Shown: in pieces, positions 1 to 11,424 of the stretch | Layout: every line of letters starts with the position of its first letter | How positions within the stretch are numbered: the first letter of the stretch is position 1 | NCBI GenBank assembly: GCA_008369845.1 | Contig: MRSU01002291.1 | Location: 1-64,000 of the forward strand | Source of the DNA: Trichomonas gallinae | Taxonomy: Eukaryota | DNA length: 64,000 bases | Direction: 5' to 3' | Notes under the pieces: generated by a model | What the model saw: the letters and a program-made list of their open reading frames with translations, nothing else | The model's database searches: none | What the model was told of the DNA's origin: nothing | Translations under genes and position numbers: made by a program

Positions 1-722
1 AGAATTTTCGGAAAATATTCAAAACTACTGTATATGGTATTGTTATTGCATTGTTCTGTGTCATTCCGATGAATTATTTGGTAATCTTATGCAATAAATC
101 TGTATAAATTATTAATTTCGATTTTTGTTGTTCATGAATAAGGTTATATTTTAAAAGGAAATAACGATTCCATTCAAAATTGTTACCTTCAAAACATTTT
201 CATTTTGAATGTGATATATAATTTGCAAAAAAAGGTAATTCTTGAATTCAAATTTGAATTTTCATGTTCTTTTCAAAAATTATGACTTTTGAGAGCACTT
301 ATTCAAATTTGAATGAGCAAAAATATTTTTTGACAAATAAATCGATTTTTGTCTTGTAAATTATTTTTTTGAATTATATTTGTCATGTAAATTACTCTTT
401 GACAGTTTTTTAACAGGAATTTCAATTATTTAAATTCCATTGAAATTTTACCAGATATGACATGATATTTGATCATGTAATATGTACCCCCAAACATTTT
501 TCATATACATTTGCGCCTGTAAAATATTTTGTCACAAGAAGGGAAACATCAAATTTCCAAGATTAATCTATGACTAGTCATAAAATAGATGTATTCGAAA
601 CATAAACATATTTACAAGCTAATAATAGGGTTCATGTGGACAAAATGTCGTAAGAAGAGAATTGAATAGGTTTGTTTGATTTTGAAAATGCTAAATTCAG
701 AAAAATCTCTTCCATTTTGAAA

Positions 723-1988
723 ATGTCGTTTAGACCCAATAACAATCAGCTTAATAATGGAATTTGTATTGGGTTTATCAGAGACATCGTTATACCAGAC
801 TCACTCGTACCATTAGATCAAATAATGACAAAAATATTTGGTTTGAATAGTGAAAATTTCCCAAATATTTGCGATTGTGTAAAGAATTATCTCGATTCAT
901 CACTTGATGACCGAAATCTTATCTATAATTCGATATTTAACTTAGCATTAAACAAAAAACGAACAAGCAATCTTTACCAAAAGCTTTTACAGGAAATCGT
1001 ACCGCGAGAAAGTATTTATTCCACATTACTTGATGATAAATACTTTTCACAATACGATAAATCCGAACAATTTGCTGACCTAAATCCGCAGATGGATTTT
1101 GAAGAATTTAAAAAGGCCCTCGAGAATCCTCGTGTATGTGATTATGATAATTACAATCGTTTATTGAATGAAGCAGCGGAAAATGGTCAAATCGAAAATT
1201 TCAAATTTCTATTATTGCTTGGGGCCACTATTACTGAATATACAGGAAAAAGCGCTATTGCAGGAGAGAATTTTGAAATAATTAACATATGTTATAATAG
1301 TGGATGCAGTTTTTACGATTGTTTCGAGCGCGTTTTATCAACAGGTAATAACGAGATCGCTGATTTCCTTCTTAAGATTGGACGCACGACAATTTGTCCT
1401 ATTGACGGACCTGTTGATGTTGGTAATTTTAGAGCTACAATATTTTTACTTCAAAATAACGCTAACCCAATGTTACAGTTAAAATATTCGATTATCAAAT
1501 ACTTCATTTATCTCAAAAATTTAACGATGCTTAGTTTATTTTCAGATTATCTCAATCTTGACTTAGTTCCACATATCGAAATACAAGAGATGCTTCATTT
1601 CTCATGTATGGTTGATAACATTGATCTTGCAAAGAAATCTATCAAGTTATGCTCGGATCCTAATTATATCCCACCAAATAGTCCTTATGCACCCCTACAT
1701 TATGCCGTTAAAAATAGAAATTTGGAAATGGTTGAATTACTAGTCGAGAGTTTTAGAACAGTTATTTATATTAATATCAAAACAGGCTATATTGACAAAT
1801 TCAATGTTAATATAACACCGCTACAACTTGCTTGTCAAAATGGTAATATCGAAATCATTGAGTATTTATTGAAAAACGGCGCAAATATCCAACATAACGC
1901 TTGGGGTAAGACGATATTTGATGATGCAAAAGAGCCAGCTATTAAATACATTGCAGATAGAATGAGCGAAAGCCCTTGCTGGTTTTGA
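723..1988 (+). CDS. Ankyrin repeat protein (trichomonad DUF3447-ankyrin type)
   Basis: Ankyrin motifs APLHYAVKNRNLEMVELLV and TPLQLACQNGNIEIIEYLLKNGA, plus degenerate repeats upstream. The ORF track starts at TTG 672; the first ATG is at 723, after an Inr-like CCATTTT. Confidence 0.8.
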   Translation: MSFRPNNNQLNNGICIGFIRDIVIPDSLVPLDQIMTKIFGLNSENFPNICDCVKNYLDSSLDDRNLIYNSIFNLALNKKRTSNLYQKLLQEIVPRESIYSTLLDDKYFSQYDKSEQFADLNPQMDFEEFKKALENPRVCDYDNYNRLLNEAAENGQIENFKFLLLLGATITEYTGKSAIAGENFEIINICYNSGCSFYDCFERVLSTGNNEIADFLLKIGRTTICPIDGPVDVGNFRATIFLLQNNANPMLQLKYSIIKYFIYLKNLTMLSLFSDYLNLDLVPHIEIQEMLHFSCMVDNIDLAKKSIKLCSDPNYIPPNSPYAPLHYAVKNRNLEMVELLVESFRTVIYINIKTGYIDKFNVNITPLQLACQNGNIEIIEYLLKNGANIQHNAWGKTIFDDAKEPAIKYIADRMSESPCWF

Positions 1989-2387
1989 TTCGAAATTTTA
2001 TTTGTTTGTTATCTTTTCTCATGTAAAGTTTGTTAGAATAGAGTTTTTTAACAGAAATATGATAATAATCTACATCCGACTACTCAGCAATTAAAAACAT
2101 TTCAATCATCTGACATGTAAAATATACTTTTTCCACGATAGATTATTGTAAAGTGTCAAAATGATTCAGAATTCATCTATTTTTGTCATGTAAATAGTAT
2201 ACAGTTTCAAAGTTGGGAATTGAACCTCCAAGTTTGATTCGCATTAGTACAATGGATAGTAGATGTCGTTGTTTTGAAAATAACAACTCCAAAATTTTTT
2301 GTCACGTAAAAACAATATATGACTCGTAAAGTATATATCTGACATGTAAAAAACAAAATTTTTGCAAAAAACGTTTTTCAGATAGAT

Positions 2388-3539
2388 ATGACTGAAGAAG
2401 AAAGTTCTGGGCTTCCTTCGCTTCATAAAAATAAAGGATCAAGGGCTTCTTTGTCTGGTGTCATTTCTACATCAAGTGAAATCAATGTTGCTCAGTTAAA
2501 ACGAGAAGTTAATCGATTATATCCTCATTTACAGAGCATTGAAAAGGAAATCACAACATTAAAACAACAACTACCTCCTAATTTGAACAAAGTCGTGCTA
2601 CAAATTCGTCAAGACATCGATAAACTATATAATCCAAAATCAAATCAAAAACAGGATGGCGAGGAAGATATTTTACATCATAGCCTTGAAGATTTAGAAA
2701 ACAGACTTCAATCACAATTACAAATTTCGATTGATGCTTCGAAACAAAATTTAGAAAATCGAATTCGCGAGCTAGTTACTACGAAACCAAAGAACGATCT
2801 CGCTAATTTTATAGTTGAAGATGACCAAGAAGTAAATTATGATCTTAAATTAGCAGCACTTGAAGCTGCATTGGACTCACATCATGAAAAAGCTCAACAA
2901 CGCATAGATCTTATAGAAAAATCTATTGAAAAGCTATCAGTCCCAGCTGGGGAAGATACCACATCCAAAACACTTGAATCCCTAAACGATGAAATAGATT
3001 CAAATCGTAAAAATATTTCTGATCTTAGAGCAAGACTTTCCGAAATAAAATTACAATTAGAACGATCAGCAGCTACAGAACAAATCACAAGAACTTCAAA
3101 GAAACAACAAATTGAAGAATCAATATCTAAACAACCAGAAAAAACAATAGATATTCCTGATTTATCTGTTCCTTTGGAGCAGCTGAACGAGAAAATAGCC
3201 AACATGCAGGTCAAATTCCAAACAAAATTACGCGATCTCAAAAAGAAAGCCTTGGAATTTGACGAGCGTGTTAAAAAGGTAGATCAGATTGCAGTGCAAA
3301 TTGTTACATCAACAGTGACTCTTGAATCGAGGATTACTGAGGTTAATGCTCTATGCAACTCATTGATCCATCAGATCAAGGAATTGGACGAAAAATCAGG
3401 AAATGATGAAAACCAGAAACTCATTGAGCAGTTAACAGAGCGCGTGATGAAGGAACACGCGATGCTTAAAGCGGAAATAGAAAGAGTTAAAGCGAGAGCA
3501 ATTAAGTGCCAAGAATCAGTACAAAATGCTCAAAACTAA
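2388..3539 (+). CDS. Coiled-coil hypothetical protein
   Basis: 383-aa ORF rich in Q/E/K/L heptads; the stop codon lies within TAAA. Confidence 0.75.
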   Translation: MTEEESSGLPSLHKNKGSRASLSGVISTSSEINVAQLKREVNRLYPHLQSIEKEITTLKQQLPPNLNKVVLQIRQDIDKLYNPKSNQKQDGEEDILHHSLEDLENRLQSQLQISIDASKQNLENRIRELVTTKPKNDLANFIVEDDQEVNYDLKLAALEAALDSHHEKAQQRIDLIEKSIEKLSVPAGEDTTSKTLESLNDEIDSNRKNISDLRARLSEIKLQLERSAATEQITRTSKKQQIEESISKQPEKTIDIPDLSVPLEQLNEKIANMQVKFQTKLRDLKKKALEFDERVKKVDQIAVQIVTSTVTLESRITEVNALCNSLIHQIKELDEKSGNDENQKLIEQLTERVMKEHAMLKAEIERVKARAIKCQESVQNAQN

Positions 3540-3562
3540 ACAATGTTTATTATTTTTTTAAT

Positions 3563-3880
3563 GAAATTCTCATGAAAAGTCACAACCTTTAGAAATTAAA
3601 ACTAACACAACATGGATATTAATAGTTTTCATTATTAAAAGCTATTAAATCTATTTTATAATTTGAATTTTCAAAACTCTTTCGAAAAGACTCAATCCTT
3701 AAGAATTAAAGTATCAACAATGTAAATAATAGAAATTTTATTAGTAAAAAGGCAATAATATATTATATAAACTGAAATATCGAAATTCTCTTGAAAAGCT
3801 ACAATCTTTAGGAATTATAACTAATGCATTGTGAATAATTGAAATTTCATTTGTAGGGCACAATAAATAGACATTTAAAA
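3563..3880. repeat. Degenerate tandem repeat, 3 x ~110 bp
   Basis: Copies start at about 3563 (gaaattctcatgaaaagtcacaacctttagaaattaaa), 3673 (aaaactctttcgaaaagactcaatccttaagaattaaa) and 3782 (gaaattctcttgaaaagctacaatctttaggaattataa). Confidence 0.7.
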
Positions 3881-3962
3881 AAAAATTCAATTTTATGCAA
3901 ATATGTGCTATTAGAAGTTACTGAAGTGATGATTATGATTTATTTTATCAAATACAAACAAA

Positions 3963-5306
3963 TTATTCGAAAATCGGGGCTTTTTTGAGTGTGAGAGGGT
4001 CAGTAGAAGCTCCAATTTTATTAAGCAAGCCAATACCCAAATAGTTTCCTTCCAAACGCGGCGTATCTAAGAAACAAGCGACTGGAGTGTTTATCGCTCC
4101 CATTATTACAGTGTTGATGGTCTCTGGTGCGACATCAGTGATAATATACAGCATTCCGTTTGCTTTATCGATAGCTCGAACCAATCCGAAGCCTTGACAT
4201 AAAAGAGGCGGAACTTCACGAAGAATCGTCACAAGTTTCTTGTTTGGAGCAAAATTACGAGTGTCATTGCATAAGGCAACGATTGACCCGTTTAGAGCAG
4301 TCAGAATTTCTGTTGGTTCTACATCGACGCAAATTAAACCGATATGAATAGTTCTGAGGTTGATAGCTATCGGATTCATGGATGAAAATGGAGTATTATT
4401 CGATGTCAAGTATGCAATAATGCGAACCTCGCGTTGTTCTTTAGGACTGATTGTGAATATTCCTGGTTTTGACGTGATTTCTGATTTAAACATATATCCA
4501 CGAATAGGAGCGACTTGTTCACTAGGTTTTGTAAGCATAATCAAGTTTTCTGGTAAAATTAAATCGCAAATTGATTTATGCAGCTCAAGGCCTAAATCAA
4601 CGACCCATCCGAACGAATTTATGATCACGAACATGTCAGATGGTATATTTTTCACGATTTCTTGAATACATTTTTGGAAATGCGTGATATTTTCTGTCAC
4701 TGAAGCTCCTCCGTAATAATAGGAAACCTGCGCAACTTTGGTATGTCTCTCTGGAGGTTCCAGGACGAATGATGTTAACACACTGAACGAAATTGTTCCA
4801 GGGAGAGAAAATTCTGGTTGTCCTGGATCTAAATCTAAAAATCCAACTTTTCCATGAACTGATAATATTTTATTGGCAATTAAGCGCGATAAAGACGATT
4901 TGCCAACTCCTTTGTTGCCTGCGACGAATATTTTCGTTGGTTTCTTCGTAATAAGCTGATCTATGAATTTAATGAGTTGTATTGGATATGCGGCACCGTG
5001 GATCATCGGGGAGTAGAAAATGCATTTTGCTATTTGCTTGAAACCATCAGGGGCTTTCTTTGGAAAATAAAACGAATATTCTCTTTTTGATATTTGATTT
5101 TCTGGTAGTGGAGATATAATCATTTTGAATGTTTCTGTTGCTTCCATTGTTAATGGCAAGTTATAAAGAGGGGCAAATATATTTCCAATAAATCCTGGAT
5201 ATAATGTAGCACCATTCAAAACGGGAGATCCTGAAATGATTTTGATTTGCATCATTCCATAAAAAGAATGTGCTCCCGCATTAAAATCTTGAATTTCATC
5301 ACTCAT
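3963..5306 (-). CDS. NOL9: Polynucleotide 5'-hydroxyl kinase Grc3/Nol9 (Clp1 family)
   Basis: Walker A GNKGVGKSS, family motif LDLDPGQPEFSLPG, INSFGWVVDLG, and C-terminal GFGLVRAID. Confidence 0.85.
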   Translation of the reverse strand: MSDEIQDFNAGAHSFYGMMQIKIISGSPVLNGATLYPGFIGNIFAPLYNLPLTMEATETFKMIISPLPENQISKREYSFYFPKKAPDGFKQIAKCIFYSPMIHGAAYPIQLIKFIDQLITKKPTKIFVAGNKGVGKSSLSRLIANKILSVHGKVGFLDLDPGQPEFSLPGTISFSVLTSFVLEPPERHTKVAQVSYYYGGASVTENITHFQKCIQEIVKNIPSDMFVIINSFGWVVDLGLELHKSICDLILPENLIMLTKPSEQVAPIRGYMFKSEITSKPGIFTISPKEQREVRIIAYLTSNNTPFSSMNPIAINLRTIHIGLICVDVEPTEILTALNGSIVALCNDTRNFAPNKKLVTILREVPPLLCQGFGLVRAIDKANGMLYIITDVAPETINTVIMGAINTPVACFLDTPRLEGNYLGIGLLNKIGASTDPLTLKKAPIFE

Positions 5307-5327
5307 GATTTTTTTGCACTTTTCATA

Positions 5328-5512
5328 TCACATGTCAGGCAATATTGAGCTATTTTATGTCACATGTCATGCATTTTTATGTCACGTGCCAAAATATTTA
5401 TTTTACATGTCAAAAATATCATTTCACATCACATATCAATTTTCTTGTCACATGTCTAGTTATATTATTTCAAATCACATGTCATGAAAGATGTATTTTA
5501 TGTCACATGTCG
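5328..5512. promoter_or_regulatory. Array of 8 TCACATGTCA-like motifs in a divergent promoter
   Basis: Copies at 5328, 5360, 5382, 5403, 5429, 5448, 5475 and 5503, between the head-to-head Nol9 and Hit1 genes. Confidence 0.6.
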
Positions 5513-5529
5513 GTACACAATTTTTTTTG

Positions 5530-5892
5530 ATGAATGAATTATGTATAGAATGCAAGAATAATCCATCAAAGTATAAATGTCCGAAGTGCAGGGCTGGATA
5601 TTGCTGTGTGAACTGTTTTAAGATACATAAGACGCATTGTCCTGGAAATGTTGTTGAAACAAAAACTGTTGAAGCGGAACCAGTTGCAGAAATTCCTCCA
5701 TTTGAACTATTTAGGTCAAATAAAAAGATTATAGATGCACTGGGAGATCCCAGACTCCAAAAAATCATCATAAGAATTGATTCTGCTGAAGATCGCGAAT
5801 CAGATCTTGTCAAAGAACTAAATATCAACCCAGAATTCAAAGAGTTTGTTGACAATTTACTCGATTCCATGCCTGAACAGATCGAACCTTAA
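5530..5892 (+). CDS. ZNHIT3: HIT zinc-finger protein, Hit1/ZNHIT3-like (box C/D snoRNP assembly)
   Basis: CIECKNNPSKYKCPKCRAGYCCVNCFKIHK zf-HIT; C-terminal LGDPRLQKII...PEFKEFVDNLL. Likely ATG at 5530. Confidence 0.8.
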   Translation: MNELCIECKNNPSKYKCPKCRAGYCCVNCFKIHKTHCPGNVVETKTVEAEPVAEIPPFELFRSNKKIIDALGDPRLQKIIIRIDSAEDRESDLVKELNINPEFKEFVDNLLDSMPEQIEP

Positions 5893-6288
5893 TTTTTCTC
5901 AAAATTCAAATTTTTCACTCACCAAGCAATATACAAAGATATAGTACATTTAATTTTGAATTCTTTCAAATAGTTTACCAAATATCGAAAATCCAACTAG
6001 ATTTCAAGTGCAAATCTATGATTTTAATCATCAAAATCAACAAAATTATCTCTACTAATAACTACAAAACTCAATATTCTAATCATCAATTCCAATTTCA
6101 AAAATTTAAAATTTATTGGTATATATCAATGATTAACAAAAGACAGATCACAATTTAGATTATGATTTAGATTTAAATCATATGATTTAATTAATAATCT
6201 TATGAATATTAGAATACTACTAAAAATAAAAAATTAAATTTTGTTAAAAAACAAATTCTTTATATCATTATATATATATATGTATATT

Positions 6289-8490
6289 CTAATGGAATAT
6301 TGTGATGCAGTCGAGGATTCTCCTCATTGTCTCCTGGCTGAACAAGCTGCTGAAGTGTCCAGCGAGTTCGAGGATCGCGTTCGCCTTCCTCTTAAGCATG
6401 TTCATGCTCTCGAAGTCAGTATTATTCTTGTCGACGCGTCCGTAGTATATATCCTTGCCGCTGGACGCCCTCATCTTGTAGTTTTCCGCGTAAGCCTTGA
6501 CTGCGAGCTCGAGTGCTGTTGGAAACACTCTCCTAATAACAGCTGGCTGGTTCCTGATTGTTTCTGCAGCGATTTCGACTTGTGCAAGAGTTGTCGGGAA
6601 CATTCCTGAAGCATCTGCTGCAGCTGAAGCCTCTGCGTAGTTTCCGTGGCGTACTTCATCAGCTGCGCGAGCCAAATGTGTCAACATTCTGAAAGCTTCG
6701 AACTGGGAAACACTGAATGGTTCGCCTTTTTCGATCAACTCAATCAACAACTGTTCGGCACCTTCAATGGATTTTTCGTCATCATCGACGAGTCCTTCTA
6801 TGCACTGCCTGAGCTCTGTGTTCTCGTTCGCTATGACTCTGTCCCAGTCTCCGAGCAGTTTGAAGATCTTCGCTGCTCTTATGTGCATGTTTCTCAGTTC
6901 TGCTTCTTCTCCTGCATATTTCATGACTCTTTCGATGTCGCTTGGGTTCAACCATGCTGATATTGGAGGCTGCTGGCTATTTTCACCGGTCAAAACTTTG
7001 ATTCCGCGCTCATCTTCGACAATGAAAATTGCAAGACTCTTCGCACGCTCTTCTACATCCTGTAAAACGTAGAAATAGCCGACACATTGGTTAATGTCGC
7101 CGATTCTTTTAGCGTATTGTATGATATTCTGTGAAATTACCGAAGCATTAACGAAATCTGACATATGCAAAGCAATTGCTATGTGCATGTTCTCGTCAAC
7201 ATTATCTTCTTGAGCTAAGAACCACTTTGCAGCTCTTTCGTATTCGCCAGACATAATTAATGTTTGACCAGTTAAGAATGGATTTTGGATAACAGCAGTT
7301 TCTGCTTTTAAGCTGTTCAATTCCTTCTTTAAGTCGTTGATAGAGGCGCCTTTGATGTGCAATCTCATCCATATCCAGTCTTCAGCTGAAACAATTGCAT
7401 CTGATGTTAATGCGTGCTCATCTATCTTCTTCATCTCATTGACTATATCCGCATGGCCTGAATTAGCGCGAAGCATAGCAGCAAGGCTGATTATCTTGAA
7501 AGGATTTGCATCATTGTTTACTAATTCAACGGAAAAGTACCTGCGGAGCTCAGATGTGATCACCATGCCCTTCATATAGTTGATTACTTCAGCTGGAAAA
7601 TGGGTTTCGTTATCAGCTGTGAATTCTCTCGCGAGATCAATTTCACCGCATCTGAGTAGATAATAAATTGCAGCCCAGTAGATACCAGCATCGCCTAATT
7701 GGCTGTGGTGCATCCTGATATAAGCAATAACAGTATCCAAAAAGCCAAATCTTCCTCCGCGAATAGCATGTTCAGGATAACGATTAACTTCTTGATCAAT
7801 TGCACGCTTCTTTTGTGCCTGAAGGAATTGAATGACTCCTTGAGTAGGATGCAGTGAATTCTTTCGCATTGTTGCAATTAAATCGAATGTGTCAATAAGA
7901 GGAATGTTAAAATGATTTTGGTAAAGACTATCACCTTTAATGAAGGCAGATTCAACGATCTTTTCTGCGAATTCGCTCGGGCGGATGTTTTTAACAATAT
8001 AATTCGAGTATTCTGTAGATCTTTGAGTTCTAATCGGAATGTAAAATCCTGTAACTGGGTCTCTAGCCTGGCTGTATGTAAGATAATAGGAAGAATCCTT
8101 GGAATCCCAGATATCTGCAATTGATTTAAAGATGTAGTCTTCAGACAAGGAAATTGTTTTGTCGTGGATTTCTGTAATCGAAGAGACAATGTTATTTTGC
8201 ATTGTTTGCTCAGTTAACTCCTTAAATGTTTTAATTGTCTTTGGAACAACGTTTTCAAGCTTAATTTCTTTAAGAATTTCACGTGTTCTTGATGCATCTG
8301 CTTTTTCCTGTGCTAAAAGGACTTGGCCTCGTGTTTTTGCTTCATCTGATTCATCAACATTGCTCAAAGCTGCCTTCGAGTCCTTAATAATAGTGTCAAT
8401 AGACTGGCGGATCGAAATTGGAGTCCTCATTTCAAGATTCTGCGAGCGAATCAGTAGATCGTCAAGTGCAGTTTCGTTGAAAGGATCCAT
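6289..8490 (-). CDS. NUP93: Nucleoporin Nup93/Nic96-like
   Basis: WAAIYYLLRCG and SAEDWIWMRL motifs typical of Nic96; all-helical 733 aa. Confidence 0.75.
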   Translation of the reverse strand: MDPFNETALDDLLIRSQNLEMRTPISIRQSIDTIIKDSKAALSNVDESDEAKTRGQVLLAQEKADASRTREILKEIKLENVVPKTIKTFKELTEQTMQNNIVSSITEIHDKTISLSEDYIFKSIADIWDSKDSSYYLTYSQARDPVTGFYIPIRTQRSTEYSNYIVKNIRPSEFAEKIVESAFIKGDSLYQNHFNIPLIDTFDLIATMRKNSLHPTQGVIQFLQAQKKRAIDQEVNRYPEHAIRGGRFGFLDTVIAYIRMHHSQLGDAGIYWAAIYYLLRCGEIDLAREFTADNETHFPAEVINYMKGMVITSELRRYFSVELVNNDANPFKIISLAAMLRANSGHADIVNEMKKIDEHALTSDAIVSAEDWIWMRLHIKGASINDLKKELNSLKAETAVIQNPFLTGQTLIMSGEYERAAKWFLAQEDNVDENMHIAIALHMSDFVNASVISQNIIQYAKRIGDINQCVGYFYVLQDVEERAKSLAIFIVEDERGIKVLTGENSQQPPISAWLNPSDIERVMKYAGEEAELRNMHIRAAKIFKLLGDWDRVIANENTELRQCIEGLVDDDEKSIEGAEQLLIELIEKGEPFSVSQFEAFRMLTHLARAADEVRHGNYAEASAAADASGMFPTTLAQVEIAAETIRNQPAVIRRVFPTALELAVKAYAENYKMRASSGKDIYYGRVDKNNTDFESMNMLKRKANAILELAGHFSSLFSQETMRRILDCITIFH

Positions 8491-8650
8491 TTATTTTTTT
8501 TTTGGAAGACATGAATTTTATTTTAATTACATTTTAAGTCATATTATATCATATATTACTCATTTTTCATGAAATTTTGCAAAAATTTTTAGATTTAATT
8601 TCATCAAAAATTAAAATCTCATCAAATTCATATTTTAAACTCAATATCTA

Positions 8651-8900
8651 TTACTTCTAATTTAATATAGTATACATTTCAAATTACAAGGCTTGAATAA
8701 AACTATAATGAAATTAATCACAAATTTATTCACTTGAAGTTATTCATTTTATTTGTGAAATATTAGCAGTCATGTAGTATAGTATAAATCTCTTCTTGCA
8801 AAGCTAAATAAAACAAAATGATAAAAGTCAAATAATAATCAAGACATATATGCCAACTTAGCTTGGGATTTATCAGCATTCATGCAATATAGTATAAGAG
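8651..8900. repeat. Degenerate tandem repeat with ~110-bp period
   Basis: a(a/g)tatagtata at 8664, 8776 and 8886 with similar flanks (ttagcagtcatgtagtatagtataa vs tcagcattcatgcaatatagtataa). Confidence 0.5.
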
Positions 8901-9918
8901 TTGATTCAAATGACTAATAGTTAAGAGATAATTTTCATTGTTAATTAAATTTCAATAGAAACCGTGTACAAGTGTGCATTATATCATAAAGTTCGATAGT
9001 GTTGATGTACAACGACATATTGAATTGATCTAACAACAACAAATTCCTTGGAATGAAAATATTAATATTTGGATGATTAAATAGGTGAGAACTGCAAATT
9101 TGACATAGCATATCAATAATCTTTATATATTTTGATTATATATCGTACATTTTAAATAGTTCATATGGATTATGAGCTACATGTAAATTAAAGCTACCTT
9201 TCTGCTAATTATAGAAAGCTGCGGTCAATAACAATAGTGTGTACTGTGGGCATCCTATGACATTTTAATTCGAATTAATTTTAACTCTTGGGACAATTCA
9301 ATATCATCGATCAAAATTGTGTCATATTGAAAGTATATTCGTGATATCAAAATGGTGTGATAAGCATCATTAGTAGTTCGAAAATACAAAATGAATTTTT
9401 GTTGACATGTAAATTCGATAATTTTTGACAAATTTTTGTTTTTTATAGTAAAATTGAAAAGAAGAAAATTTTTACGATATTTTGGTATATTTAGGAATTT
9501 GCATAATGATATTATTTCCGAAGAATTTTTCAATATTGGTGTAATTAATTTGAAAAGTTTACATTCAAACGATTGATCAATCAAATTTTATTCTGATTAA
9601 ATGATATTTATATATATAGGTAATAATTTTTAAACGATTTAAAATTTCAATATAGATTTATTTTTTATCGGAATAATATCTAATAGCATATGGGTGATAA
9701 TATATATTCAATTTTTGCTTTTTATGGATTGTAAGAGAAAGAAAAAATTCATAATACATATTAAAATTATGTGCAATGATAAGTCTACGTGACTGTATAT
9801 TAATTTTTTACGGGCTAATTTAGAAAAATTTGATCAAATTCACAATACGATTATATGAATGGACGCGGTTTCGTGATCAATTGAAATTTTTGAACATTTG
9901 AAAACAAAACTGCTAAAA

Positions 9919-11175
9919 ATGCAAAAGAAGGAAATAGGCAATTACACCGTCGAAAGAGAGCTTGACCAGGGAGGCTTTTCTAAAGTGTACCTTGCCAGGC
10001 ACAATACTATCGGTGAAAATGTGGCTATAAAGCGAATTAGAAAAGAAAATTACGAAAGAGAAAAAATTCTAAGGGAAGTTAAATTAATGCAATCACTAGA
10101 TCATCCGTTTACAGTCCAGTTCTATGAATTCATCGAAGATGATACATATTATTACATAGTTATGGAATACGTTCGTGGAACAACTTTATTAGATTTAGTA
10201 AACCATTCTGGTAAAATTCCTGAATGGAAAATACGTCATATATTCGTAGAATTGATATCTACAGTTCAGTATTTGCATGATGACCTCAAAATGGCCCACA
10301 GAGATATTAAATTAGAAAATATTATATTTGATACGTATGGTAACATCCGATTGATAGATTTTGGACTCGGTAATACATTTCAACAGACAGATGGAATTTT
10401 ACAGACTGCGTGTGGTTCACCTGCTTATGCGCCCCCTGAAATGTTCCTTAGAAGGCCTTACACTAATGCTGCTGATATATGGAGCGCTGGATGCGTCATT
10501 TACGCGCTCTCAACGAACACTCTTCCCTTCGATGAACCAAACGCAAAATTATTAGCCTCAAAAATTGTTTATCAGAGCCCAACATACCCGGATGATTTGA
10601 AACCTTCTCTCGTAGAGCTCATCAGCGATTGTCTAAACAAAGATTCTGCAGAACGCCCGCTTCCCCAAGATATTTACAAGTATGAATGGGTAAGTGTTTA
10701 TCCTAATTCTCAGCTTTTCGCTCCTGAGTTCGGCATAGCCGAGGGGTGGAGGAATCCTACAGGAAATCCAATGATCGACGACGCAATCGTAAATGAATTG
10801 AACCATTTCGGAATCGACTCAACAAAATGTATTGAGGACTACCTAGCAGGAAGATTTACAACAGAAGCAGCAGTATACAGAATTTTGAAGCGTCAAAAGG
10901 TTACTTTCCAAATGGAAAAATTATACGAAGAAGCTGACATCTCAATGAAAGCGACAATCACAAGAAAACAGCACCTATCGCTTACACCAAATGCTTTGAC
11001 GCCAATTCGTCGACCATCTCCAAATACAAGAAATAAATTCAGTTTCGGCAAAGCTATGAATCCTGTTACAGGTGTTTCCAGATTCTCTGCAACAGTCAAG
11101 CTTTCAAATAGAATGAATTCAATGAAACCAAGAGTTATAGCCCTAACTCAGCTTCCAGCTCAAGCTCCACAGTAG
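9919..11175 (+). CDS. CAMK-group (SNF1/AMPK-related) Ser/Thr kinase
   Basis: VAIK, HRDIKLEN, DFG and TACGSPAYAPPE motifs; UBA-like segment after the kinase domain. First ATG at 9919. Confidence 0.9.
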   Translation: MQKKEIGNYTVERELDQGGFSKVYLARHNTIGENVAIKRIRKENYEREKILREVKLMQSLDHPFTVQFYEFIEDDTYYYIVMEYVRGTTLLDLVNHSGKIPEWKIRHIFVELISTVQYLHDDLKMAHRDIKLENIIFDTYGNIRLIDFGLGNTFQQTDGILQTACGSPAYAPPEMFLRRPYTNAADIWSAGCVIYALSTNTLPFDEPNAKLLASKIVYQSPTYPDDLKPSLVELISDCLNKDSAERPLPQDIYKYEWVSVYPNSQLFAPEFGIAEGWRNPTGNPMIDDAIVNELNHFGIDSTKCIEDYLAGRFTTEAAVYRILKRQKVTFQMEKLYEEADISMKATITRKQHLSLTPNALTPIRRPSPNTRNKFSFGKAMNPVTGVSRFSATVKLSNRMNSMKPRVIALTQLPAQAPQ

Positions 11176-11424
11176 TTTTATTCACCAGAGTTATTTATTG
11201 TTATTTTCACTATTATCTATAATAAATTGTATGATTTTTTAACGTATCAATATATTCAGAAAAATCTTAACCGACATTTATCTATAATTAGTCGGGATTA
11301 ATCATCCTGCAGTAGTAATTAATCGAAATCTATGCTTGAAGGATATAAAAATGAGAGAAATTGAAGTATTGTATTTCCGTCTAGTATTTTATGATAAGAA
11401 TAACAATAAGATTTTGATTCAAAC

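Noticed and set aside
3601..3612. ACTAACAC resembling the trichomonad intron branch site
   Set aside because: Not followed by ACAG, and it lies in the intergenic repeat; no intron is supported.
9255..9584. 109-aa minus-strand ORF
   Set aside because: Non-ATG start and an AT-rich intergenic composition dominated by I/F/K/N/L.
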